Virus record (IMG/VR): IMGVR_UViG_3300025104_000002 | Span: 1-51,786 of that record | Direction: 5' to 3' (one strand) | Length of the DNA stretch: 51,786 bases | DNA from: a virus | Lineage: Duplodnaviria; Caudoviricetes | Shown here: in pieces, positions 37,463 to 45,717 of the stretch | Layout of the letters: each line of letters opens with the position of its first letter | How positions within the stretch are numbered: the stretch's first letter is position 1 | Notes under the pieces: generated by a model | Seen by the model: only the letters and a program-made list of their open reading frames with translations | Database searches by the model: none | Told to the model about the DNA's origin: nothing | Program-made: the position numbers and the translations under genes

Positions 37463-37658
37463 TCCACCGCTGCGACTGTTCTGCCTGCGGTATGGCAAGT
37501 ACGGCCCCAAGGTACGTGATTCCAAGGGGTACTTCATCTACTTTGACGACAAGGAGAAAGCGAAACGAACCAGAGACGAGCTAAACGCCGGTCTTGACCG
37601 GCCCATCTTCGTGGTATCCCACGGCCCTGACCATCGACCCAAGTCCGAAAGGAAGTAA
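37398..37658 (+). CDS. Hypothetical protein (true start uncertain)
   Basis: YFDDKEKAKRTRD...VSHGPDH; ends 2 nt before the AAA gene. Confidence 0.5.
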   Translation: MVKPTSTPRGYDMPTSASSSDSPPLRLFCLRYGKYGPKVRDSKGYFIYFDDKEKAKRTRDELNAGLDRPIFVVSHGPDHRPKSERK

Positions 37659-37660
37659 CC

Positions 37661-38644
37661 ATGCGGGCCACACTACTCAAAGAAACCATCAAGTCCCTGT
37701 TTCCCATCACCCGTACCCTGTGTATCGAGGGTGCTCCCGGCGGTGGTAAGACGACCATCGTCCACGAAGTGGCACAGGAACTTGACGTTCCCTGCATCGA
37801 ACGTCACATGCCGACCATGCTGGTGGAGGATTTCGGTATCCTGTTCCCCGATGGTGATAAGCTGCACTACAAGCTGCCCGACTGGTTCCCCGTCAAGGGC
37901 AAAGCTCCAGAGCGTGGCATCCTGCTGTTCGACGACCGCAACCAAGCTGGCCCTGACTTGCAGAAGGTCTTGGCTAACATCTGCCAAGCCCGAACCCTTC
38001 ACGGTATCCCCATGCCGGATGGCTGGATGGTGGTGTGCACCGGCAACAGGCAGTCTGACCGTGCTGGTGCCAACCGGGTGCTGAGTCATCTCCGCAACCG
38101 TGAGACGGTGCTGGAGTTGGAAACCCACCTCGACGACTGGACTGCATGGGCCATCAACCACGGTGTCAAGCCCGAGGTGATCAGCTTCATCCGCTTCCGT
38201 CCCGGTCTGCTGCACGACTTCGATCCGCAGCGGGATCAGAACGCCACCCCCCGAGCATGGGTTGAGGGTGTGTCCGACGTGCTGGGTACTGTCCCTGCCG
38301 AGGCTGAGTTCGAGTGCTTCAAGGGTGCTGTGGGTGAGGGTGCTGCTGCCGAGTTCGTGGGCTTCCTCCGCATTTTCCGTAAGCTGCCCAACCCTGACGC
38401 TATCCTGCTCAACCCTACCACTGCGGACGTTCCCACAGACCCGGCTATCCTGTACGCCCTGTCTGGCGCACTGGCCCAACGTGCCACGGATGACAACATG
38501 GATCGGTTCGTGACCTACATCGACCGGATGCCACCGGAGTTCAGCGTACTATCCATGTCTATGGCAGTACGGCGTAACCCCGACCTTGCCAACACGCAAG
38601 CCTTCGTCAAGTGGAGTTTGGCCCACCAAAGTGTGCTGTTCTGA
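37661..38644 (+). CDS. MoxR-like AAA+ ATPase
   Basis: Walker A GAPGGGKT, Walker B ILLFDD, TGNR..DRAG and TPRAW motifs. Confidence 0.85.
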   Translation: MRATLLKETIKSLFPITRTLCIEGAPGGGKTTIVHEVAQELDVPCIERHMPTMLVEDFGILFPDGDKLHYKLPDWFPVKGKAPERGILLFDDRNQAGPDLQKVLANICQARTLHGIPMPDGWMVVCTGNRQSDRAGANRVLSHLRNRETVLELETHLDDWTAWAINHGVKPEVISFIRFRPGLLHDFDPQRDQNATPRAWVEGVSDVLGTVPAEAEFECFKGAVGEGAAAEFVGFLRIFRKLPNPDAILLNPTTADVPTDPAILYALSGALAQRATDDNMDRFVTYIDRMPPEFSVLSMSMAVRRNPDLANTQAFVKWSLAHQSVLF

Positions 38645-38645
38645 C

Positions 38646-38807
38646 ATGCGGTGGCCGAGTCGGGACAAGCCTGAGCTTTACCAACGAGGCCGCTGGTGGA
38701 TCGTTCGGTGGTACTCCCCAGTGGAGAAACGCTGCCGAGCGATCCGCACCAAGTCGGAAACCTACGCCAAACTCATATACCAACATCTTTCAGGAGTGAC
38801 AGAATGA
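38646..38807 (+). CDS. Small hypothetical protein
   Basis: 53 aa filling the gap; ATGA overlap with the next gene. Confidence 0.5.
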   Translation: MRWPSRDKPELYQRGRWWIVRWYSPVEKRCRAIRTKSETYAKLIYQHLSGVTE

Positions 38808-39652
38808 ATCTCACCGACCGTGCCCTGCTGGTGCAACTCAACGTGTCCCAGTGGACTGCCCGCAAGTACGACAAACGTGCTTCCAAGGAGGTGACGACGG
38901 CCCACGGTGCAGCGTCTGCTGCTGGCCGTTTCAACAAGTCCCTGCTGCCCATGAACGACAAGCTGGAGAACATCTACCGCAAGACCACGCTGATACGCAC
39001 CAAGTACTATGAGTCCACCCTACCGTGGGGTATCGATGGTACGCGGATGCTACCCACTGCCAACTATCTGTCCTTCATGACCGACTTCCGCAAGGAGAAG
39101 GGCGAGTGGGAGCAGTTGGTGCAGGAGTTTCTCGACGAGTACGGCCAGATGAAGCTCGATGCCCAGCGCACCCTTGGTTCGCTGTACGACCCGGATGACT
39201 ATCCAACCGCGCTGGAGCTGCGATACAAGTTCAACATGGACATGGCCGTGTTCCCTGTACCCAGTGCGGATTTCCGTGTCGCCATCGGTTCGGAGGAACT
39301 GAAACGCATCCAGCAAGACGTTGAGCGACGTGTGAAGGAGGCAGAGCTGGCGGCACTGAAGGACGTGTGGAACCGGCTGTACGAACGGGTCAAGCACATA
39401 GCCGAGAAGCTGGCCGACCCCGAGGCGATCTTCCGTGACTCGATGATCGAGACCGCCAAGGAAATCTGTGCGCTACTGCCCCGGCTGAACTTCGCTGACG
39501 ACCCCAACTTGGAAGCCATGCGTCAGCAGGTTGAGGCATCCTTGATCAAGCCCCCTGAAGCTCTGCGCAACGACCCTGCCCTGCGCCGTGATACCGCCGC
39601 TGAAGCGAAGGCGATCATGGACAAGATGGGTACCTTCATGGGAGCACTCTGA
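38804..39652 (+). CDS. Helical protein of AAA/vWA phage modules (DUF3150-like)
   Basis: AGGAG SD; WTARKYDK, TLPWG..G.RMLP and IFRDS motifs. Confidence 0.65.
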   Translation: MNLTDRALLVQLNVSQWTARKYDKRASKEVTTAHGAASAAGRFNKSLLPMNDKLENIYRKTTLIRTKYYESTLPWGIDGTRMLPTANYLSFMTDFRKEKGEWEQLVQEFLDEYGQMKLDAQRTLGSLYDPDDYPTALELRYKFNMDMAVFPVPSADFRVAIGSEELKRIQQDVERRVKEAELAALKDVWNRLYERVKHIAEKLADPEAIFRDSMIETAKEICALLPRLNFADDPNLEAMRQQVEASLIKPPEALRNDPALRRDTAAEAKAIMDKMGTFMGAL

Positions 39653-39843
39653 TGGAACTGGCCGCTCTCTTGGACTCCATGAAGCAAGCGGCCATCCTCG
39701 TTCAAGTGAAGGGTGTGTAACTTGACAGACACCTCGGGAAGACCGAGAAAGAAGTAGTGGCAGGCATCAACTCATGGGCAGTATCTGTCCGTGCTGGTGA
39801 TCTGCTGCGTGTGATAACTGAACTCGAACGGAGAATGAAATGA
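39652..39843 (+). pseudogene. Small ORF interrupted by an in-frame TAA
   Basis: TGATG coupling at the start, ATGA coupling at the end, TAA at 39718-39720. Confidence 0.5.
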
Positions 39844-40982
39844 CAACTGCAACCATCGACCTGAAAAAGCTGGGTACCAAGCTGGCGAAAGCCAAGACTG
39901 CTCTGATCCTGGAGTATCCCTTCGTTGGTACCATCGCCCTGAACCTGCCCTTCGAGTTCGACGAGAACATCCCCACTGCTGCAACCAACGGCAAGCGGAT
40001 CAAGTTCAACCCCGAGTTCGTGGACAGCCTGACCGATGAGGAGGTCAAGTTCCTCGTGGCCCACGAGTGTTTCCACCCCATGCTGGAGCACAACTTCCGG
40101 CGCGGTAACAGGGCACCGCGCAAGTGGAACATGGCCGCTGACTACGTGATCAACAAGTTGTTGGTCGATGAGGGTATCGGTCGGATGCCCAGGATGGGGC
40201 TGCTTGACAACAACATCTACAACGCCGGTCACGGTACCAGCGAGGGCATCTACAACATCCTGCCGGAACAGCCTGAAGACGGCAGCTCTGGTGCTGGTGA
40301 ACCCGGTGGCCCGCTCGACGATTGCGAGGACGGTGAGGGTAGCCCTGCTGAACAGCAGCAGCTACAGGCCGAGTGGAAGGTGAAGGTGGCCCAAGCTGCA
40401 CAGGCAGCGAAGATGATGGGCAAGATGTCTGCCAACATGCAACGGCTTGTCAATGAGGTGCTGCAACCCAAGGTGGACTGGCGTGAGGTGCTGCAACGCT
40501 TCCTCGTCAAAGCCCGCAACGACAGCCGCTCGTTCGCTCGGTTCAATCGCCGATTCATTGCGCAAGGGATGTACCTGCCCAGTGTCAACGGTGAGGCGAT
40601 GGGTGAGGTGCTGTTCGCAGTGGACTGCTCTGGCTCCATCGACCAGCATACGATCAACCAGTTCGCTGCTGAGGTCACCAAGGTCAAGGAAGACCTGATG
40701 CCTGAGCGTATCCACGTGATGTACTTCGACAGCGAGGTCAGTCACGTGGAGAGCTACGAACCACACGATGATCTGGACATCAAACCCCACGGCGGCGGCG
40801 GTACCGACTTCGCTCCGGTGTTTGCCAAGATCATTGAACTCGGGATCAACCCGGTCGCCATCGTGTTCCTCACTGACCTGTGCTGCAACAGCTTCGGTGA
40901 TCAGCCCGATGCACCTGTGCTGTGGGTCACGACCGATGCAGACAAGGCACCCTTCGGTGAAATTGTGGAGATGGTTGACTGA
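39840..40982 (+). CDS. Metallopeptidase-vWA protein (DUF2201-like)
   Basis: TAATNG, AHECFH (HExxH), WNMAADYVIN; MIDAS DCSGS, GGGGTDF, FLTD. Confidence 0.85.
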   Translation: MTTATIDLKKLGTKLAKAKTALILEYPFVGTIALNLPFEFDENIPTAATNGKRIKFNPEFVDSLTDEEVKFLVAHECFHPMLEHNFRRGNRAPRKWNMAADYVINKLLVDEGIGRMPRMGLLDNNIYNAGHGTSEGIYNILPEQPEDGSSGAGEPGGPLDDCEDGEGSPAEQQQLQAEWKVKVAQAAQAAKMMGKMSANMQRLVNEVLQPKVDWREVLQRFLVKARNDSRSFARFNRRFIAQGMYLPSVNGEAMGEVLFAVDCSGSIDQHTINQFAAEVTKVKEDLMPERIHVMYFDSEVSHVESYEPHDDLDIKPHGGGGTDFAPVFAKIIELGINPVAIVFLTDLCCNSFGDQPDAPVLWVTTDADKAPFGEIVEMVD

Positions 40983-41089
40983 TGATGCTGGCCCTACCCG
41001 ATGGGAATACGCGTGGCTCCGATATGTGCGCTGAGCGTCGCGCCAAGGGGGCCGTTTACCGGATGGGTCTGCTTTGACTGGAGAAGCGA

Positions 41090-41278
41090 ATGATGTTTGT
41101 AGATGTTTGTATGAAGGACACGGAAGAACCGCGCGAAGTGGCTAATCGCCATGAGATTTTGGTTGGAGCTTACCAACCATCGTCAGCTCGATACGAGCGC
41201 GAGAAGAAGGAAGTCGTGCTGGAGGTTGACCTCGACAAACTCACTGCCCTGAGTACCGCTGCCAAGTTCGGACTGTGA
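41090..41278 (+). CDS. Hypothetical protein
   Basis: GGAG SD, 62 aa. Confidence 0.5.
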   Translation: MMFVDVCMKDTEEPREVANRHEILVGAYQPSSARYEREKKEVVLEVDLDKLTALSTAAKFGL

Positions 41279-41676
41279 GGGGCACGATGCCACGTATCGA
41301 CGAAGAAAAACGCCGAGAGTGGCTTCGCGCCTTGCGCCGGTTCAAGTACGGTATCAAGGTACGGGCCAAGCTCGGTGTACTGCAAATCATCTGTGAGCGA
41401 GTTCATACGCAACGTAAGGGTAAACAACAGTGGGACGTACCCCAGTGGGAGCACGACAGATGGGTTACGTTCCTGTACACTTGCATACGGGATAACGAGT
41501 TCCCACCGGAGTTGCTGGAAGGGTTTGTAAAAACCGCCGAGGTGACATTTCTCACCCCGAATAGACAACCCACGGTGGACAAGGTACTCGACGCTGTGAA
41601 TCAAGTATGCAAACAAAACAGCAGGGCACTCCGGCGCAAGTTCGGGGTGTTTGTGCGAGGTGACAATGGGTACTAA
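41275..41676 (+). CDS. Hypothetical protein
   Basis: GTGA overlap, 133 aa. Confidence 0.6.
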   Translation: MRGTMPRIDEEKRREWLRALRRFKYGIKVRAKLGVLQIICERVHTQRKGKQQWDVPQWEHDRWVTFLYTCIRDNEFPPELLEGFVKTAEVTFLTPNRQPTVDKVLDAVNQVCKQNSRALRRKFGVFVRGDNGY

Positions 41677-41834
41677 GAAGAAGCCGCGCAAGAAGTACCG
41701 ACCCAAACCAGTACTAAAGAACCCCGTGGGGGTACGTGCTGGAGAGTCTAACGCCAGTGCGGAACCATAGCTTTCCGCTGACGGAACAACAGATTGCTGA
41801 GCGCAAGACCCGCCCTCTTTTGAAAGGAATCATC
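41666..41834 (+). pseudogene. Basic ORF apparently frameshifted at a G5 run
   Basis: GAGGTG SD; MGTKKKPRKKYRPKPVLKNPVG continues as YVLESLTPV only in the +1 frame. Confidence 0.4.
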
Positions 41835-42137
41835 ATGGCGAAGATCACCAAGGAGCAGCAAGTTGTTGCAGTACACCACTCGATGGTGGGGCAGGAGTTC
41901 GTTGAGTCTCCCCGTGCCAAGGACAGGCAGGTGGGCGGCGACCATTACAAGGTGATGGGCGTGGAACCGTGGGACGTGGTGGATACGTGGCCCCGTGAGC
42001 AGCGCATCGGCTACTACCGCGGCAACGCACTGAAGTACCTGATGCGCATGGGCAGCAAAGACGCCGCGCCGATGGAGGTGGCAAAGGGCCAGCACTACAT
42101 CCAGAAGTTGTTGGAGGTTCTCAATGAGCAAGAGTAA
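41835..42137 (+). CDS. DUF3310 / T7 gp1.7-like (possible nucleotide kinase) protein
   Basis: QVGGDHYK...EPWD...GYYRGNALKYLMR.G.KD...KGQHY. Confidence 0.8.
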   Translation: MAKITKEQQVVAVHHSMVGQEFVESPRAKDRQVGGDHYKVMGVEPWDVVDTWPREQRIGYYRGNALKYLMRMGSKDAAPMEVAKGQHYIQKLLEVLNEQE

Positions 42138-42233
42138 CCCACCCTGTTGCAGTTCGGGGCTGCGCTGGAGTTCGGTGTGCCCCAGCGCGTGATCAGTCGG
42201 ATCGTCAGACGTGCATCCTACAAGGACATTTAA
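42124..42233 (+). pseudogene. Relic of an HNH endonuclease C-terminal HTH
   Basis: Start-less AALEFGVPQRVISRIVRRASYKDI* ending 1 nt before the polA ATG. Confidence 0.45.
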
Positions 42234-42234
42234 T

Positions 42235-45200
42235 ATGATGGACATCGTAACCATTGATTTTGAAACCTACTACGACAAGGACTATTCCCTGTCGAAGATG
42301 ACCACTGAATCCTACATCCGTGACCAGAGGTTCGAGATCATCGGTGTGGGCGTCAAGGTCAACAACTACCCCACCGACTGGTACAGCGGCGACAACCCCG
42401 GTAAGTTCCTCAAGTCGCTGAACTACAGCAATAAGGCCATCCTGTGTCACAACACAGCGTTCGATGGTGCCATCTTATCGTGGCACTTCGACATCCGTCC
42501 GAGACTGTGGTTGGACACCCTGAGCATGGCGCGTCCCTTTCACCAGTTGACGGTGGGCGGTAGCCTCAAGGCGTTGGCCCAATACTACGGGTTGGGCGTC
42601 AAGGGCGAGGAAGTGGTAGCTGCAATCGGCAAGCGGCGCAAGGATTTCACCCCCGAAGAACTTGCCCGGTACGGGCAGTATTGCATCAATGACGTGAACT
42701 TGACCAAGGCACTGTTCGACAAGCTCAAGGTGGGGTTCCCTGTCAGCGAACTGCTGGTCATCGACCAGACGCTGCGCATGTACACCGAGCCGGTGATCGA
42801 ACTGGATGTGCCACTCTTGGAGAAACATCTTGAGGAAGTCCGCACCCGCAAGCGCACCCTGATCTCTGACATCGGCCACGGCATGGGTGGTGAGCAGGCG
42901 GTGCAGGACATGCTGATGTCCAACGACAAGTTCGCCGAGTACCTCAAGCGGCTGGGTGTGGAGCCGCCCACCAAGATCAGCGCCAAGACGGGCAAGGAAT
43001 CGTGGGCCTTCGCCAAGACTGACAAGGGCATGACCGACTTGCTGGAACATCCTGATGAGCGTGTGCAGGCTGCGGTCGCTGCCCGACTGGGTGTGAAGTC
43101 CACCCTCGAAGAAACCCGCACCGAGAACCTGATCGCCGTAGCGAAGCGTGGGCGACTACCCATCATGCTCAACTACTACGGTGCCCACACGGGGCGCTTC
43201 AGTGGCGGCGACAAGCTCAACCTCCAGAACCTGCCGAGCCGTGGCAACACGACCATCCGCAGGGCGCTCAAGGCACCCGAGGGCCACGTGCTCATCTCGT
43301 GTGACTCCGCGCAGATCGAAGCACGTACTGTGGCATGGGTGGCAGGGCAGGACGATCTGGTGCAGGCGTTCCGTGACAAGCGGGATGTGTATTCCGAGTT
43401 CGCCTCCGAGGTCTACGGTCGCAAGATCACCAAGGCCGACAAGGTGGAGCGGTTCGTGGGTAAGACCTGTATTGCCGAGGGAACTCTTGTATTATCGCAT
43501 CACGGCTGGAAGCCTATTGAGTCGGTGACGACCGACGATTTGTTGTGGGATGGACAGGAGTGGGTATGCCATCAAGGATTACTGAACAACGGCATCAAGC
43601 CAACATTGAATCTGTGCGGCGCTTGGTTGACACCGGATCACCAAGTCTGGTCAGGGACGCAGTGGCTGGAAGCGCAATCAGTAGTAGCCGACGAAGATAC
43701 CCTCTACCGAGCATTGGACACCGGAGCGGAAAACTTACCGTCACAGGCTACATTGCTGGCACCCGAGGCGGGGTCAGTGCCCTTGTGGTCAGATGCGACT
43801 GCAACGAAGCCGAGTATCGAGTTGACCACCATAACTTCAAAAATTTCAGAAGCACTCGCTGCCCTCTGTGCGCCAAGAAAGCATCGGTTGCAAAACGCTA
43901 TTGGATGTACAGCGAAGCAATGGCGGATGATGACCACCGGACTCGCTTGCTCAATCGTCTCGCTTCGGCAATCACTCGCTGCCACTCTCCATCCAACAGA
44001 GCGTATCAGCACTATGGTGGGCGCGGCATACGGGTGTGCCCCGAGTGGCGCTTTGACCGAGCAGAGTTCCTGCGGTACGTCCAGACCCTCGACGGTTGGG
44101 ACAACCCGACTTTCGAGATGGATCGGATCGATGTGGACGGGCATTATGAACCGGGGAATATCCGCTTCGTATCGCGGAGCGATAACCTCCGCAACAAGCG
44201 CAAGATCGCAGACCTTGAAGCGCGTGTACGACATCTTGAACAGCGGCTCAAGGAACAGGTTCACGATCCTGACTGAAGCTGGCCCGCTCGTTGTCCACAA
44301 CTGCGTTCTGGGTCTGGGCTACGGCATGGGCGCAGAGAAGTTCCGACGCACTCTGGAGATCGGCCAAGGCGGCATCAACGTGGTGATCGACATCAACGAG
44401 GCAGAGCGGATCGTCCGCCTCTACCGACAGAAGAACTGGAAGATCGTACAGTTTTGGCAGAAGTGCGGCAACGCACTGAAGGACATGTTGTACGGTGGCA
44501 GCAATGCGCTGCACCCGCAGGTTCGCTACGACCCCAAGGGTATCCGCTTGCCAAACGGGTTCTACATCCAGTACCCGGCGCTGCGCGAGACGGCCAATGG
44601 GTTCATGTACATCTCGGATGCCCGCACCTACCAGAAGGCGCTCAAGGATCGAGTGCTCACTGGCGCACCGGCTGACGACATCGCATGGACTCGCGTCTAC
44701 GGCGGCAAGGTGACGGAAAACTGCATCGCCGCAGGGACGGAGGTGCTGACCAACCGAGGCTGGGTTCCTATAGAGAACGTGCAGTCGGCAGACATGGTGC
44801 ATGACGGAGTGGAGTTCGTTCGCCACGGTGGGACAGTGTTCAAATCTGTCCAAGACTGTATCACCATTGATGGCGTGTGGATGACCCCAGACCACGAGGT
44901 ACTGACAAATACCGGATGGCAAGCTGCATCACAGAACCCCGAACCTTACAGACCAAACCTTCGGCATGTTGACCGCTATCAACTGCGAGTGGACCACGCG
45001 CAGGACCAACACCACGAACAAGCGCAACACCGAGCGCAGAGTGGATGTACCGGCGCTCAGTGCGCAGACTGGGATACCCAGATCAACCCTGTACTACCGA
45101 CTCAAGCACGGCCTGTCTTTGACATCCTCAACGCAGGACCAAGACAACGGTTCGTAGTTCGTGGCGATAACGGTCCGTTCATTGTGCATAACTGTGTGCA

Positions 45201-45423
45201 AGCTCTTGCTGCATTGGTGATCCGTGAGCAGATGGTCGAGGCTGGCAAGCACTTCAAGGTGGCCTTCCAAGTCCACGACGAGATCATCATCTGCGTCCCC
45301 GAGAGCGCCGCGCTGGCAGCGCAAGCCAAGCTCGAAGAGATCATGTCCACCCCGCCCAAGTGGGCACCAGACCTGCCGGTTGCATGTGAATCCGGTGTGG
45401 CTGCGAACTATGGAGATACCTGA
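42235..45423 (+). CDS. polA: Family A DNA polymerase precursor with two inteins (about 627 aa spliced)
   Basis: Exonuclease DFET, HNTAFD and YCIND; HTGRFSG; motif A DSAQIEAR; motif B RFVGKT|CVLGLGYG; motif C QVHDE; AAGGA SD before ATG 42235. Confidence 0.93.
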   Translation: MMDIVTIDFETYYDKDYSLSKMTTESYIRDQRFEIIGVGVKVNNYPTDWYSGDNPGKFLKSLNYSNKAILCHNTAFDGAILSWHFDIRPRLWLDTLSMARPFHQLTVGGSLKALAQYYGLGVKGEEVVAAIGKRRKDFTPEELARYGQYCINDVNLTKALFDKLKVGFPVSELLVIDQTLRMYTEPVIELDVPLLEKHLEEVRTRKRTLISDIGHGMGGEQAVQDMLMSNDKFAEYLKRLGVEPPTKISAKTGKESWAFAKTDKGMTDLLEHPDERVQAAVAARLGVKSTLEETRTENLIAVAKRGRLPIMLNYYGAHTGRFSGGDKLNLQNLPSRGNTTIRRALKAPEGHVLISCDSAQIEARTVAWVAGQDDLVQAFRDKRDVYSEFASEVYGRKITKADKVERFVGKTCIAEGTLVLSHHGWKPIESVTTDDLLWDGQEWVCHQGLLNNGIKPTLNLCGAWLTPDHQVWSGTQWLEAQSVVADEDTLYRALDTGAENLPSQATLLAPEAGSVPLWSDATATKPSIELTTITSKISEALAALCAPRKHRLQNAIGCTAKQWRMMTTGLACSIVSLRQSLAATLHPTERISTMVGAAYGCAPSGALTEQSSCGTSRPSTVGTTRLSRWIGSMWTGIMNRGISASYRGAITSATSARSQTLKRVYDILNSGSRNRFTILTEAGPLVVHNCVLGLGYGMGAEKFRRTLEIGQGGINVVIDINEAERIVRLYRQKNWKIVQFWQKCGNALKDMLYGGSNALHPQVRYDPKGIRLPNGFYIQYPALRETANGFMYISDARTYQKALKDRVLTGAPADDIAWTRVYGGKVTENCIAAGTEVLTNRGWVPIENVQSADMVHDGVEFVRHGGTVFKSVQDCITIDGVWMTPDHEVLTNTGWQAASQNPEPYRPNLRHVDRYQLRVDHAQDQHHEQAQHRAQSGCTGAQCADWDTQINPVLPTQARPVFDILNAGPRQRFVVRGDNGPFIVHNCVQALAALVIREQMVEAGKHFKVAFQVHDEIIICVPESAALAAQAKLEEIMSTPPKWAPDLPVACESGVAANYGDT
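43468..44301 (+). mobile_element. polA intein 1 (278 aa) in motif B
   Basis: CIAEGTLVLSHHG, LTPDH, VYDILNSGSRNRF, VVHN then Cys+1; Ser/Thr-rich featureless middle in host frame. Confidence 0.93.
43566..44276 (+). CDS. HNH-type homing endonuclease overprinted in the +2 frame of polA intein 1 (236 aa)
   Basis: AGGAG 5 nt before ATG; GKLTV, RCDC, CPLC, RC.SP...YQHYGGRGIRVCPEW, MDRIDVDGHYEPGNIRF...NLRNKR. Confidence 0.88.
   Translation: MPSRITEQRHQANIESVRRLVDTGSPSLVRDAVAGSAISSSRRRYPLPSIGHRSGKLTVTGYIAGTRGGVSALVVRCDCNEAEYRVDHHNFKNFRSTRCPLCAKKASVAKRYWMYSEAMADDDHRTRLLNRLASAITRCHSPSNRAYQHYGGRGIRVCPEWRFDRAEFLRYVQTLDGWDNPTFEMDRIDVDGHYEPGNIRFVSRSDNLRNKRKIADLEARVRHLEQRLKEQVHDPD
44722..45192 (+). mobile_element. 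polA intein 2 (157-aa mini-intein)
   Basis: EN|CIAAGTEVLTNRG, MTPDH, VFDILNAGPRQRF, IVHN|CVQA. Confidence 0.92.
44906..45157 (+). pseudogene. Centrally deleted HNH endonuclease relic in the +1 frame of intein 2
   Basis: NLTDQTFGMLTAI joined directly to NCEWTTRRTNTTNKRN and HTH LSAQTGIPRSTLYYRLKHG. Confidence 0.7.
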
Positions 45424-45424
45424 G

Positions 45425-45652
45425 ATGGCTACCGTAACTGAAATCAAGCGTGAACCGCGTAACCAAGAAACCATCAACACGTTGGAGGAAGCGTTGCGGA
45501 TGGTGAGGGACAACCCGGACGCGTCCGAAGTGTTCGTCCTCGCCAAGATTGGCGATGACTACCATCGGCTCTCGTCGGGCATTACTGACCTGATGCAGCT
45601 TGTGGCAACTTTGGAACTTGCCAAGTTCGACGCGTTGAACCGCATGACCTAG
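45425..45652 (+). CDS. Hypothetical protein (75 aa)
   Basis: Starts 1 nt after the polA stop. Confidence 0.6.
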   Translation: MATVTEIKREPRNQETINTLEEALRMVRDNPDASEVFVLAKIGDDYHRLSSGITDLMQLVATLELAKFDALNRMT

Positions 45653-45717
45653 TACTGTATACTGGGGACTCCAACTTTACAAATCCCTCGCAGGCAGTCC
45701 CTGCGGGGCACACTGCC

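Noticed and set aside
39718-39720. Genome-wide stop-codon reassignment
   Set aside because: TAA, TAG and TGA all end well-defined genes elsewhere, and core genes are intact under the standard code
43468-44301. Group I intron or frameshift as the explanation of the polA and terL insertions
   Set aside because: The host frame is open throughout and bounded by complete intein motifs with Cys/Ser+1, which fits protein splicing
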